Below are positions 29,333-39,708 of a stretch of DNA of 64,000 bases, in pieces. Source of the stretch: a virus (lineage: Duplodnaviria > Heunggongvirae > Uroviricota > Caudoviricetes); IMG/VR virus record IMGVR_UViG_3300021431_000002. One strand, 5' to 3'. The notes below the pieces were generated by a model. That model saw only the letters and a program-made list of their open reading frames with translations. It ran no database searches and was not told the DNA's origin. Made by a program: the position numbers and the translations under genes. Each line of letters begins with the position of its first letter. Positions within the stretch are counted from its first letter, which is position 1.

Positions 29333-30635
29333 CGGAGATATTGAGGAAAACAGAATCGTCCCAGTTAAGAAAGGTGTTAAACGAGCCACCTCCTAGGCTC
29401 TCTGGTCTTTCTACCGTTATGTTGAAATCTATACCTGGAGCATTGTCATTAATATATTTTCTAAGCATTAATGAATCTCTTGCTGGCATTTGATTAATAT
29501 ATTTCCTAACGTAATCTCTGTCATAATTATCATTAACGGCAACAATCTGCAATTGCATATTATTAGTCATAATCTTTGTAAATTCTGATGAATTGGCATT
29601 CAACAGTCTTTTACCCCAAGACTCCATTGTTTTAATCGCAGCCCTAATAGACTTCTTCTCAGCGTCCGTAATATATTTGTCATTCATAATTGCGGCAGAC
29701 AATGTTTCTCTTTCCCTATCTAGCATATGAGCCTTAGTTCCATAGCTTTCAAGTTCAGTAACTTGTCTAAGTTGTCTCTCTTGCTTCCTTGTTAGATAAC
29801 GGAACTTAATTCTATCCTTCTTAATTGGCGTAACGTATTCAAAATGCCCATTCTCATCACCAACTAGTTTAAACTCTTTTGGCTTAAGAGTTGTAAGGTC
29901 AACTGTTGATTCAATCTGCTCACCAGTATCTGGGTCACGCACTACAATCGGGAAATCTGGACCATAACTCGTTGCCCTTAAAAACAATGTAATTGCATCA
30001 GCATCACCGCTAACAAGGTCTTCAACATTAATTTCACTATTAACAATTTTATTTTTAAGCAAATAGTCAATTACAAGTCCATCTTTATATAGATTAGGTG
30101 AAGTAATAATATTTTCGTCATATGCCGTTAAATAAGCAACTGGAACTCTATCAACCTTACTCCTATAGCATTGACCGTTACTTGGCAACTGTATTACATC
30201 GTATTGCAACATTGTGTCTGAATTGCTAAAAGTAGACTCATTGGCAATAGTGGTATCACTAGGTCTCATATCGTATTCTTCGGCAACATTATCTTGAGAT
30301 TCGGCAGTCATAAGTTCCTTCTCTTCTTGTCTTGCTTTCTCATTATCCTCCAACATATCAAAAATTGACATATCAGTATCTTGGAAAAGGTTTTTTTGCA
30401 CTGCTTGCTTTTTTGAAGACAAAGATGTTTTCTTAGGAGTATTAATTCCAAGCACAGATGGGTCAATGCTGTTAATATGTTCGATGACCTCTTGCTGCGC
30501 TCTCTCAATCTGTTTTACTGACTGAGTTTTTCCTCTGTCAGCAGCCTCCTTTTTTGTTTTCTCCAACATTTTATTGTTTTCTAAAAGAGTTCTAATCTCA
30601 TTTTCTTGCTCTTCAGTTAATTTCTTTTTTGCCAT
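29325..30635 (-). CDS. T4 gp26-like baseplate hub / tail assembly chaperone
   Basis: IQLPSNG..Y...LTAYDENI...LVSGDADAITLFLRATSYG...RDSLMLRKYI..PGIDF. Confidence 0.6.
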   Translation of the reverse strand: MAKKKLTEEQENEIRTLLENNKMLEKTKKEAADRGKTQSVKQIERAQQEVIEHINSIDPSVLGINTPKKTSLSSKKQAVQKNLFQDTDMSIFDMLEDNEKARQEEKELMTAESQDNVAEEYDMRPSDTTIANESTFSNSDTMLQYDVIQLPSNGQCYRSKVDRVPVAYLTAYDENIITSPNLYKDGLVIDYLLKNKIVNSEINVEDLVSGDADAITLFLRATSYGPDFPIVVRDPDTGEQIESTVDLTTLKPKEFKLVGDENGHFEYVTPIKKDRIKFRYLTRKQERQLRQVTELESYGTKAHMLDRERETLSAAIMNDKYITDAEKKSIRAAIKTMESWGKRLLNANSSEFTKIMTNNMQLQIVAVNDNYDRDYVRKYINQMPARDSLMLRKYINDNAPGIDFNITVERPESLGGGSFNTFLNWDDSVFLNISDV

Positions 30636-30638
30636 AAT

Positions 30639-31253
30639 TTATAAATTATCTATTAATCTTAATTTTTCAATAAAAACAATCATTGAATTATCGTCAACTA
30701 TATCCATGATTTTACAGTTTTCAAGAATTGCATATAAATCTTCACCAGCCTTATTAATAAAATGCATTTTAACGTTCCTTTTAGGCTCTTTTATCCAAGC
30801 CCATTCTTCACCTTTAAAATCTTTATATTTGTTAATCGCATTATGCTCCTTGACCCACAATGAGATTTCCGAAATGAATTCTTCTTCACTACTAGTGTCA
30901 TCAAACTCAAACATTTCTATAAATGGTTTCTGGTCTACAAAATGCGTGATTAAATTGTCAACATTATCATCATTCCCATTTTCATCATACACTATTCCTT
31001 TACAACTTGAATAGGCTATTTTATCCTCTTTCTGAGACGTATCAGAACCAAACTTGTAAGTTTGCCCATCTCCACCTATGAGGCTTCCAGTGCCATTATT
31101 ATAGTTCATCATTGAATTGTAAACAATGTCTTTGTTTTTATTATACTCACTAGATACCGCCTTAATGTATTCTTCGTCACCATAGTAATCACTGTTTACA
31201 TCAAAAGCACTGTCATTGTAATCATAATAAGGCATATATAACGTAACTTCCAC
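30639..31253 (-). CDS. Hypothetical protein
   Basis: 204 aa ORF (GTG start). Confidence 0.6.
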   Translation of the reverse strand: MEVTLYMPYYDYNDSAFDVNSDYYGDEEYIKAVSSEYNKNKDIVYNSMMNYNNGTGSLIGGDGQTYKFGSDTSQKEDKIAYSSCKGIVYDENGNDDNVDNLITHFVDQKPFIEMFEFDDTSSEEEFISEISLWVKEHNAINKYKDFKGEEWAWIKEPKRNVKMHFINKAGEDLYAILENCKIMDIVDDNSMIVFIEKLRLIDNL

Positions 31254-31265
31254 AATAAATATATT

Positions 31266-31787
31266 TTATTTGATTTTATTTATATGTCTTTTATTTTTCT
31301 TTTCAGTCAAAGACTTTTTCTCGGTTTCCAAATATAATCTTTTTTTTAACTCATCCATAACCATCTTAGGGTTTTCACGAATGTCTTTCTCCCAGAATCT
31401 TATGAGCGGTATACCATGTATTAATGCCCATCTATCTTTGTATTCATCAACCCTTTTGTTACGTTTTTGCATAGGATTCATATTCTCTTCCTTAACCAAC
31501 CTAGGGTCACTATGGAAATATGACCCATCAATTTCAATAATTAAATTAACATCTGGAAGATAAAAATCATAGAATCTACCAATATCCTTTGCTTCAAACT
31601 GATAAACATACCTCACTTTAAGTTTATCTAGAAAATCTCTAGCGAAATCTTCCTCTAACTTGGATGTTCCGAATTTAGGGTGAACACGTACAGTCTTCCT
31701 AGTGGGTTTCCTTACCTTAGAGACTGTACGTTTTCTAACTGTTTTTTTTGGTTTTGTAATATTTTTTTTATTACTTACTTGTTTCAT
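31266..31787 (-). CDS. Vsr/DUF559-like PD-(D/E)xK endonuclease
   Basis: SKLEE...YDFYLP..IIEIDGSYFH..DEYKD..GIPLIRFWE. Confidence 0.75.
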   Translation of the reverse strand: MKQVSNKKNITKPKKTVRKRTVSKVRKPTRKTVRVHPKFGTSKLEEDFARDFLDKLKVRYVYQFEAKDIGRFYDFYLPDVNLIIEIDGSYFHSDPRLVKEENMNPMQKRNKRVDEYKDRWALIHGIPLIRFWEKDIRENPKMVMDELKKRLYLETEKKSLTEKKNKRHINKIK

Positions 31788-32607
31788 ATTCTACATTCTG
31801 ATAACCGATAAATATTTGTATCTTTGAAAAATCATCATTAGAATAATCAATTGGGTCTCTGTATACCTCAGTTATATGACACCTAGAATATCTCTCAGTA
31901 TATACTACTTTTCCATTTGCATCCAAATGCTCTACCTTGAAACTAAATGTATTTGGTGCATACTTCAATACTTGTAAAATCGGGTATCTAGCACCTCCAA
32001 AATCGGTAACAAAATCATATATGCACACATAAACCCTATGTTCTCTTGGGTCAAATGATACCGATTTAACCATTATCTCTGGGATACTTAACGGTTCTTT
32101 CAAATTAACCAAAAACCTATTGCTCTGCAATCTAGAATCAACGGTGTTTCTCAAATCCTCAACAAATTCCTTAGTCAAATCATCTTGATTTGCCTTAAAA
32201 TTGTTATTGTACTTAGTTTCAACTTTCTTATAGATGTTTTCGTAATTGTACTTTGTTGGGGTCTCACCATTTTTGATGCCTTCAGCTTCCTTAAACTGTA
32301 CTGCCTTGTTCTTTTTTACGATTGAATCATAGAACCCCTTGTTTTTCTTCTCTTTCACGTTTTTATCATAATAAGTGTAAGTAACCTCTTTCTCTCCGTT
32401 TTCAATCTTCTCCAAATCCTTGTTAATGTTTTCTATTTCAGACATAATACCACCCAATTCTGATTTCATAGAATCAATAACTTGCTTTGAAGAATTCCTT
32501 CCAATCATTTCACATAATGTTGCATTGAGCATCTTATACTCATTAATCCTCATATTCAAGAGATTCTTTAGATAACTGTTATCTTTTGCTTTTGTATCAC
32601 TATTCAT
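31771..32607 (-). CDS. Coiled-coil protein with C-terminal tail-tube-like domain
   Basis: SNRFLV...VEHLDANGKVV...PIDYSNDDFSKIQI parallels the tube's KNRWLL...LEMLDPTGVVV...DLDYSQDDLATISL. Confidence 0.55.
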   Translation of the reverse strand: MNSDTKAKDNSYLKNLLNMRINEYKMLNATLCEMIGRNSSKQVIDSMKSELGGIMSEIENINKDLEKIENGEKEVTYTYYDKNVKEKKNKGFYDSIVKKNKAVQFKEAEGIKNGETPTKYNYENIYKKVETKYNNNFKANQDDLTKEFVEDLRNTVDSRLQSNRFLVNLKEPLSIPEIMVKSVSFDPREHRVYVCIYDFVTDFGGARYPILQVLKYAPNTFSFKVEHLDANGKVVYTERYSRCHITEVYRDPIDYSNDDFSKIQIFIGYQNVEYETSK

Positions 32608-33979
32608 TTTTCAATACATTTAAAATTAACTCTTTATTCTTATTGTAAATATATCTTTTATATTTTTCCACATTTTTATTTACTGTATTATCCATACTTC
32701 CTTTGTGCCTCCTATAGTAAAAAACAAAATCATCTGACATATATACTTTTTTACCGCCATACAAAAGACGTATCAAAAATTCCCAATCTTCATATGCATT
32801 CATATATTCATCATATCCACCTACACGGTTAAAATCTTCTTTGCGATAAATAAACGAAGAATATATATGGTTATATCTTATTAGTGCTTTATAATCGAAA
32901 TTATCAAGATTCCATTCTTTTTCAGTACCATCATCCCAAAACATTTTTGCTCTCCCATAATATAATGTACAATCATCGTGTTCATCAAGATATTTAATTC
33001 CATTTTCTATATAGGTACTAGAAATTTTGTCATCTGGGTCTAAACACATAATATATCTAGTATTAGCCATTCTGATTCCTGTGTTTCTAACGCATGAAAG
33101 TCCTTTATTAGGTTGTCTCACATATGTAAATCTTTTATCATTATTTATTTGGTCTAAAATTACTTCTTCAGAATTATCTGTGCTTCCATCGTTTATTATT
33201 ATACATTTCCATCTATTATATGTAGATGATTTCAATGAATCAATTGTTTCTGTGATATAATGCGCATAATTATAGCAAGGCATTATTATAGTTATTCTTG
33301 GATTTTTATCGTATTCTTCAAAAAAACGTATTTTTTCTTTTCTTATTGCATTTTCATCTGAAGAAACACCACCTAGATAAAATTTACTAACAACAACATC
33401 TATGTGTTTATATGAGCATCTATCATTTATAATCTTATTATAAAACCACGCCCAATCTGAAATAATCTTAAAATCTTCAATATAATTCTCTTTTTTTAGT
33501 AATTCAAGTTTAATGAAACTGCCATTGTGAGGTAATGTATCATACACCATATACTTATGCGTGACAATATCTGGATATTTTTTAATAAATGGAATTTCTA
33601 ATATATTTTTTTCTTTATCATCTACAAATAAATTTCCATAAACAATATCTTTATCTAGAAAATCATAGCATTTTTCTATTGATTGGTTATCATAAAATTC
33701 ATCACCACTATTTAAAAATAATATATAGTCACCATTTGCGGCATCAATTCCTTTATTCATCGCATTATATAATCCTTTGTCTTTTTCTGATACCCAAAAT
33801 GCCAACTTTTTTTCATTGTTCTCTATAACGTCAACACTTCCATCAGTACTCCCTCCATCAATAATTATATAATTAATTTTGTCGAAAAACGTTTGATTAA
33901 TAACACTATTAATAGTACTTTCTAAACCAATTTTATTGTTCAAATTAATAGTAACAACATTAATTTTTTTGAAATCCAT
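32600..33979 (-). CDS. Tandem GT2-GT2 glycosyltransferase
   Basis: Domain 1 IIDGGSTDGS/GLYNAMNKG/FLNSGD; domain 2 INDGSTDNS/RNTGI/LDPDD/EDWEF. Confidence 0.9.
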   Translation of the reverse strand: MDFKKINVVTINLNNKIGLESTINSVINQTFFDKINYIIIDGGSTDGSVDVIENNEKKLAFWVSEKDKGLYNAMNKGIDAANGDYILFLNSGDEFYDNQSIEKCYDFLDKDIVYGNLFVDDKEKNILEIPFIKKYPDIVTHKYMVYDTLPHNGSFIKLELLKKENYIEDFKIISDWAWFYNKIINDRCSYKHIDVVVSKFYLGGVSSDENAIRKEKIRFFEEYDKNPRITIIMPCYNYAHYITETIDSLKSSTYNRWKCIIINDGSTDNSEEVILDQINNDKRFTYVRQPNKGLSCVRNTGIRMANTRYIMCLDPDDKISSTYIENGIKYLDEHDDCTLYYGRAKMFWDDGTEKEWNLDNFDYKALIRYNHIYSSFIYRKEDFNRVGGYDEYMNAYEDWEFLIRLLYGGKKVYMSDDFVFYYRRHKGSMDNTVNKNVEKYKRYIYNKNKELILNVLKNE

Positions 33980-34029
33980 AATAATCACTTTTTATAAAAA
34001 ATAAAAAAAAGTTAAAAAAACAAAATACA

Positions 34030-34061
34030 TTTGGCTAATTAATTTTTTTTTAGTATCTTTG
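34030..34061 (+). promoter_or_regulatory. Bacteroidota sigmaA-type promoter
   Basis: TTTG (34030), 20 nt spacer, TATCTTTG (34054-34061). Confidence 0.75.
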
Positions 34062-34082
34062 CATAAACTAAATTTTATAAGT

Positions 34083-35222
34083 ATGTTTAATAATTACAAA
34101 AAGTATTATGAAAACTACTGTAAATATCTAAAGACGCAAGAAGCCCAAATGAATGTCACCGAAATGGAACACGGCTTCGCCAATATTGAGACACTTATCA
34201 TGCACATATATGGTAATTGTCTCAATTATAGATATTATGGTAAGTATTATGAAAAGGAAGATAGGGTCTTGCTCACCGATTCTACAATAAACGGAAAAGA
34301 ACTATCAAAATCCCTTAAGTTAAAAGATTTTGGAGAGTATACGAAAAAAGAGTATTCATACATTGACACAATACGCTCAATCGGTAATTTCGTTTTCTTT
34401 GACGGAACTGCCTATGTCTTTACAGACTATGGACTAATTCAAATGTATGGAAGAAGTTCAGAAGATGGAAATGCGGCAAAAATATATACAATTGAAACTT
34501 GGTTATTTAGGGAGCAAGACAAAACTGAACTTGAAAAACTCATTAATCATTCATTAATTGAAATCCCTACAAAAAACATACAGAAAAACCTTACCGTGTG
34601 TACAGATGGAAGTTATGGTATTCATAAGTCAAGCATAGAGGTTAAACCTTTTGACTGCGACTTGAAAAAGAACTATAATGATGATTTACCATACGATAAG
34701 TTAACTGAACTGATTAATTCTGACGAAGAGGAACTTATACTGCTGCATGGAGAACCAGGAACTGGAAAAACATCTATAATCAAAAAATTGATACATGACA
34801 ATCCTGATGTGGAATTTCTGTATTTTGATTCAGAATTGTTTAAGCCAACTAGCGATGGCAAAATGTTCGATTTCTTGAGCGAACATAAACAACACGTATT
34901 CATCATCGAAGACTGCGAAAAACTATTTGTGAATAGAAGTAACGGCAATAAATTCCTTAACTCAATGCTTAACCTAACAGATGGCATTATAGGCGAAGCA
35001 TTTGGAATTAAATTTATCTGCACGTTTAATTGTCATAAATCAAAAATAGACCCAGCAGTATTGCGTGAGGGTAGACTATCTCTCATATATGAATTCAAAA
35101 AACTGTCTATAGACAAAGTGAAAGCATTTATACCAAACGCAACACAAGAAATGACGTTAGCACAAATATATCACACAGAAGATAATGGTAATAAGAAAAC
35201 TGATAAAAAAATAGGATTCTAA
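34083..35222 (+). CDS. AAA+ ATPase
   Basis: Walker A GEPGTGKT, Walker B FIIEDCE, SRH IDPAVLREGRL, C-terminal KIGF. Confidence 0.85.
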   Translation: MFNNYKKYYENYCKYLKTQEAQMNVTEMEHGFANIETLIMHIYGNCLNYRYYGKYYEKEDRVLLTDSTINGKELSKSLKLKDFGEYTKKEYSYIDTIRSIGNFVFFDGTAYVFTDYGLIQMYGRSSEDGNAAKIYTIETWLFREQDKTELEKLINHSLIEIPTKNIQKNLTVCTDGSYGIHKSSIEVKPFDCDLKKNYNDDLPYDKLTELINSDEEELILLHGEPGTGKTSIIKKLIHDNPDVEFLYFDSELFKPTSDGKMFDFLSEHKQHVFIIEDCEKLFVNRSNGNKFLNSMLNLTDGIIGEAFGIKFICTFNCHKSKIDPAVLREGRLSLIYEFKKLSIDKVKAFIPNATQEMTLAQIYHTEDNGNKKTDKKIGF

Positions 35223-35242
35223 CATTAGAATCCTATTTTTTG
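35206..35242. terminator. Bidirectional terminator
   Basis: aaaaataggattctaa-ca-ttagaatcctattttt. Confidence 0.75.
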
Positions 35243-35303
35243 TTTTATTTGCTCATTCAATAATGTTTTAACGAAACGCTGTAACTTGTTGATTTTCAGA
35301 CAA

Positions 35304-35792
35304 TTAGTACGCGAGTATAGCGTAGTCAAATCTCAGGGTCAGGCTGATGGTTGCGAGGTCATCTTGGCTGTAATCCAAATCACCGAAATCTGCTGCTGTA
35401 CACATTGTGTTCTTTAGAATCCATTTGCTGACAACAACACCTGTTGGGTCTAGCATTTCAAGCTCAACATCACGTTTATAGCCAGCTGCATAACCTTGAC
35501 GACCAGTAATGGACTCAGAGTGAAGACGTACCCATTCCATTACAGCTTGCGAAGCAGAAGGACCAATTGGGTCTCTCAATGTTACTTGAATCTCATCCCA
35601 AGTATAACGTCCTACAACATATGTTTCTGTGTTCAAGAAAGGTATCGCTTTACCCTCTTGTTTAATTGATGGACGCTTTGCGCTCTGACACCACCACTCT
35701 TGGATACCTAAATCAGCTGGGAATCTTAATAGCCATCTATTTTTCCTGAGAGGTTCGTAATTGAGCGGCATTTTCAAAAGTAAATCACTCAT
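35304..35792 (-). CDS. Tail tube protein (T4 gp19-like)
   Basis: 162 aa; EPLRKNRW..RP..GRYTWDEIQVTLRDPI..VMEW..GYKRD..LDPTG..W..GDLDY; near the sheath gene. Confidence 0.85.
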   Translation of the reverse strand: MSDLLLKMPLNYEPLRKNRWLLRFPADLGIQEWWCQSAKRPSIKQEGKAIPFLNTETYVVGRYTWDEIQVTLRDPIGPSASQAVMEWVRLHSESITGRQGYAAGYKRDVELEMLDPTGVVVSKWILKNTMCTAADFGDLDYSQDDLATISLTLRFDYAILAY

Positions 35793-35946
35793 AATTTTAT
35801 GTCTTTTAATTTGAATTATTTATTATTATTTTCTTTATTTTTTTAATATAAATATACTAAATAATTTTTTTTCGTTATTTTTTTGAAAAATTATTATTTT
35901 TTTATATATTTGCAAAGTATTTATAATAGTAAATAAAACATAATTT

Positions 35947-37602
35947 ATGGATAAAAGAGAAAATTTTATAAAAAAAGCAACAAAAAAGCACAATGGAAAA
36001 TATGATTACTCAAAAGTAGAATACGTAAACAGTACAACAAAAGTATGTATCATATGCCCCATTCATGGCGAGTTTTGGCAAACACCACAAGGTCATGTTA
36101 GAGGAAACTCTTGTCCAAAATGTGCAAATATAAAACGAGGCGATACTTTTAGAAGTAACGCTGATGAATTCATAGAAAAAGCATCAAAAATTCATAATTC
36201 AAAATATGTTTATGACAAAACCAAATACGTTAATTCTAGCACAAAAATACCAATATTGTGTTTTGAGCACGGAACATTCTGGATGACACCAATGAACCAT
36301 CTTCTAGGGCAAGGTTGTCCTAAATGCAGTGGAAGAGGACTTAACAACAATGAAATTATAAATATGTTTATCGCCAAACATGGAAAAAAATACGATTATT
36401 CCAAAGTCGAGTTTACTAAAATGCACGATAAAGTTTGCATAATATGTCAAGAACATGGTGAATTTTGGCAAACACCGTCAAAACACCTTCTAGGGCAAGG
36501 TTGCCCTAAATGTGCAATTGAGTTGAGAGCGGAAGAAAGAAACATCGGAAACGAAGAATTCATAAGAAGAGCAAGAAAAATATATGGTGATAAATACATT
36601 TATGCCGACACTAAATATACAAAAATGGAAGATAAGGTTAAAATAATATGTCCAAAACACGGAGAGTTCTGGCAAAAACCATATGACCACCTTCATGGGC
36701 ATGGGTGTCCTATATGCGGATTAATCGAATCTAAAGGAGAAACTGAAATATATGATTATATTTGTGGCCTTATTGGGAAGGAAAACGTAGAGCACTCAAA
36801 TAGGGAAATACTAAACGGATATGAAATAGACATCTATATTCCAAATCTACAAATTGGAATTGAATACAATGGTCTTAAATGGCATTCAGAAAAATTTAGA
36901 AATAGAAATTACCATTTAATGAAAACCAACTTAGCAAAATCAAAAGGCATCAAACTAATTCAAATTTTTGAAGACGAATATATCTTACATAAAAACATTG
37001 TATTGTCTAAAATAAAAACACTAATCCATGCAAATAAAAACGTACAATCAATAATGGGTAGAAAATGTTCAGTTCAACAAATTACAAAGGATGTTGCTAA
37101 ATCTTTCCTTGAGAAAAACCATATTCAAGGCTATGGCAGATGCACACTTGCTCTAGGTTGTTTTAGCAGTAATACACTTGTAGGGGTAATGACATTTGAA
37201 CAATATGGCACTGAATGGCTTCTAAACAGATTTGCAACTGATATTAATTTCATATGTCAAGGAATTGGCGGTAAATTGTTTTCTTTCTTCATTAAAAATT
37301 ATAACCCCAAAATAGTAAAATCATTTGCAGATAGAAGATGGACGTTAGACGAAAACAATAACTTATACACAAAACTAGGCTTTAAACTAGAGAAAATACT
37401 AAAACCAGACTATAGATACGTTAACTCATCACACCCAACAGATAGAATACATAAATTTAACTTTAGGAAAAAAATATTAGCAAAAAAATATGGTGTAGAT
37501 GAAAAACAAACTGAAACCAAACTAACGGAAAGTTTAGGTTTCTATAAGATATGGGATTGTGGACTTTTAAAATATATATGGAAAAATGAGGATGAACACT
37601 AA
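35947..37602 (+). mobile_element. Free-standing homing endonuclease (Zn-ribbon repeats + PD-(D/E)xK + C-terminal GNAT-like domain)
   Basis: Four YDYSK..CxxHGEFWQ..H..GxGCPxC-type repeats; EIDIY..IEYNG..WH; NHIQG..LNRFA..SFADRRW..WDCG. Confidence 0.8.
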
Positions 37603-37679
37603 TTCATCCTCATTATTTTTTGTTATTTCATTTATTTTTTATATATTTGCAATATTATTGAATAATTAATTTTTATTTT

Positions 37680-38054
37680 ATGGAACTAAAAATACTTTTT
37701 TTAATGATATTGCTTCACATCATAGATGATTTCCATTTGCAAGGAATATTAGCTAGTATGAAGCAGAAAAATTGGTGGCTGAAGCAAAAAGGCTACAAAA
37801 ATATGTACGAGTATGACTACATGACTGCATTGACGATTCATTCTCTGTCTTGGTCAATAATTATCTCTATTCCGCTTTGGTTTTTAAACATTAGCCCAAA
37901 CATACTAGGTATAATAATATGCTGCAATATGTTTATTCATATGTATGTGGATGACCTCAAATGTAATCAATTAAAGATAAGCCTCACAATTGACCAAACA
38001 ATACATATAATCCAAATTTGGGTAACATGGGCGATATGCTGCTTTTTAATATAA
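37680..38054 (+). CDS. DUF3307-like membrane protein
   Basis: HIIDDFHLQ..H..H..D..K..DQTIH with hydrophobic helices; promoter TTTG 37619 / TATATTTG 37642. Confidence 0.7.
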   Translation: MELKILFLMILLHIIDDFHLQGILASMKQKNWWLKQKGYKNMYEYDYMTALTIHSLSWSIIISIPLWFLNISPNILGIIICCNMFIHMYVDDLKCNQLKISLTIDQTIHIIQIWVTWAICCFLI

Positions 38055-38082
38055 AAAGGTACTGATTAATGTCAGTACCTTA
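38054..38082. terminator. Bidirectional terminator
   Basis: aaggtactga...tcagtacctt. Confidence 0.65.
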
Positions 38083-38460
38083 TTTTTTATTTCCAGTGTC
38101 GGTTAACACTTTGTCGCTTTCTAAGAAGACTTTCTTGAAAAACTCATATAAACTTGATGTAGGGTGGTCTGCATACTTCTTTAATCCTTCAATTGCGGTT
38201 TCTCTAATCTTACCTATAATTGGCTCATGTTGGATAACCTCTTGAGCATGCATTGCGATTTCTTCCTCAGAATCTCCTTGACCCATCATTTGCTGCGGTT
38301 GTTGCTGAACCATCTGTGGGTCTGGCTGTTGCTCCATGCCCATTCCTTGACCCATTCCATCGTCCATAACACCATCTTCCCCATTAAATATATAGTCTTC
38401 TGTAAGCTGCGCTTTTAGACTTTTCAATTCATTTAAAACTGTTTTAAAATTTTTTTCCAT
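38080..38460 (-). CDS. Hypothetical (Q/M-rich) protein
   Basis: 126 aa; TATTTATA motif upstream; LTED motif. Confidence 0.65.
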   Translation of the reverse strand: MEKNFKTVLNELKSLKAQLTEDYIFNGEDGVMDDGMGQGMGMEQQPDPQMVQQQPQQMMGQGDSEEEIAMHAQEVIQHEPIIGKIRETAIEGLKKYADHPTSSLYEFFKKVFLESDKVLTDTGNKK

Positions 38461-38500
38461 AATTAATAAACGTTTATTTGTATATAAATATCATTGACAT

Positions 38501-38537
38501 AAAAAAAGTGGAGAGTATTGGTTGCTCTCCACTTTTT
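38501..38537 (-). terminator. Intrinsic terminator
   Basis: aaaaagtggagag...ctctccacttttt. Confidence 0.7.
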
Positions 38538-38554
38538 ATAATTATATTATTTGA

Positions 38555-39559
38555 TTAAATATCATCAAAATTCACTCCTTCTATTTTATTTTTTAACTGT
38601 TCTATATTATTACAAACATTGTCATTTGTATACAGTCCATTAAATTTTTTATTTGATTTATAACCAGGTACAGTGTTCTTTTTTGGGACATAGTATAACA
38701 ACTTAATACCTTTATTTTCACATAACACACGTTTGTATTTATCTCTAACTAAGTTTTTCTCAAACAACTCATTAGCCCATTCATCACCCTTGTTCGCAAA
38801 ATCAACAGGTTTAAAATGCTGTTCTCCTTGGCATTCTATTGCTATGTTGTATTTTGGTAAATAAAAATCCAATCTATTTTTTTGATTTTCATCATCATAT
38901 TTATATTGAGTCTCGAATGTAATATTACCCTCAGTAAGTGTGTTGAACACTATTTTCTCTATTTTACTCTGTTTACAGTGCGGACATCCTTGACCACGAA
39001 GATGGTCATTTGGGGCTTGATAGAACTCACCGTGTATTGGACAAACAATACATACTAGATTATGTATACCACTATATATAACCTTTGAATAGTCATATTT
39101 GTCATTGTGAACTTTTTTTGCATCATTAACAAACGATTCAGTTGTCCTCTTTGCATTCCCACTACAGTATGGGCATCCTTGACCTCTTAATATATGTTTA
39201 TCAGGAGTCTGCCAAAACTCACCATGCTCTTTGCATATTATACATACTTTCGTTCTATTATTCACATACTCAACCTTTGAATAGTCATACTTTCCATTGT
39301 GAACTTCGTTAGCTCTTTTAATGAACTCTTCAACTGGTGTCTTCATTTTTTCAGCAGACTTTTCATAACGGCAAATTGGACAACCACATTTTTTCGACAA
39401 TAAGCTATCTGGGGTTATTTCAAACCATATATTATGTTTTTTGCAAAACAACCTAACCTTTGTTTTTGCATTAACATATTTTACTTCTGAATAATCATAT
39501 GAATCTCCATGAATTTCTTTAAGGCGTGTAATAAAGTCTTCTTGTTTTAATCTTCTCAT
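38555..39559 (-). mobile_element. Free-standing homing endonuclease (Zn-ribbon repeats + PD-(D/E)xK)
   Basis: Three YDYS..C..H..CPxC repeats; LDFYLP..IECQGEQHF; C-terminus EGVNFDDI mirrors the sheath end. Confidence 0.8.
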
Positions 39560-39628
39560 ATTAATATATCCTTTACTATAAATATTAATATATCGTAAAA
39601 AATAACACCACTTTTATGTATTTTTTTG

Positions 39629-39660
39629 CAAAGATATATAAAAAATGGGAGAAAATCAAA
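39629..39660 (-). promoter_or_regulatory. Bacteroidota sigmaA-type promoter of the homing endonuclease, overlapping the sheath terminator
   Basis: Minus strand: TTTG (39660-39657), 20 nt spacer, TATCTTTG (39636-39629). Confidence 0.6.
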
Positions 39661-39708
39661 TTTTCCTCCCATTTTTATTTAAGAGTTATGTAACTATCTG
39701 ATTATCAA

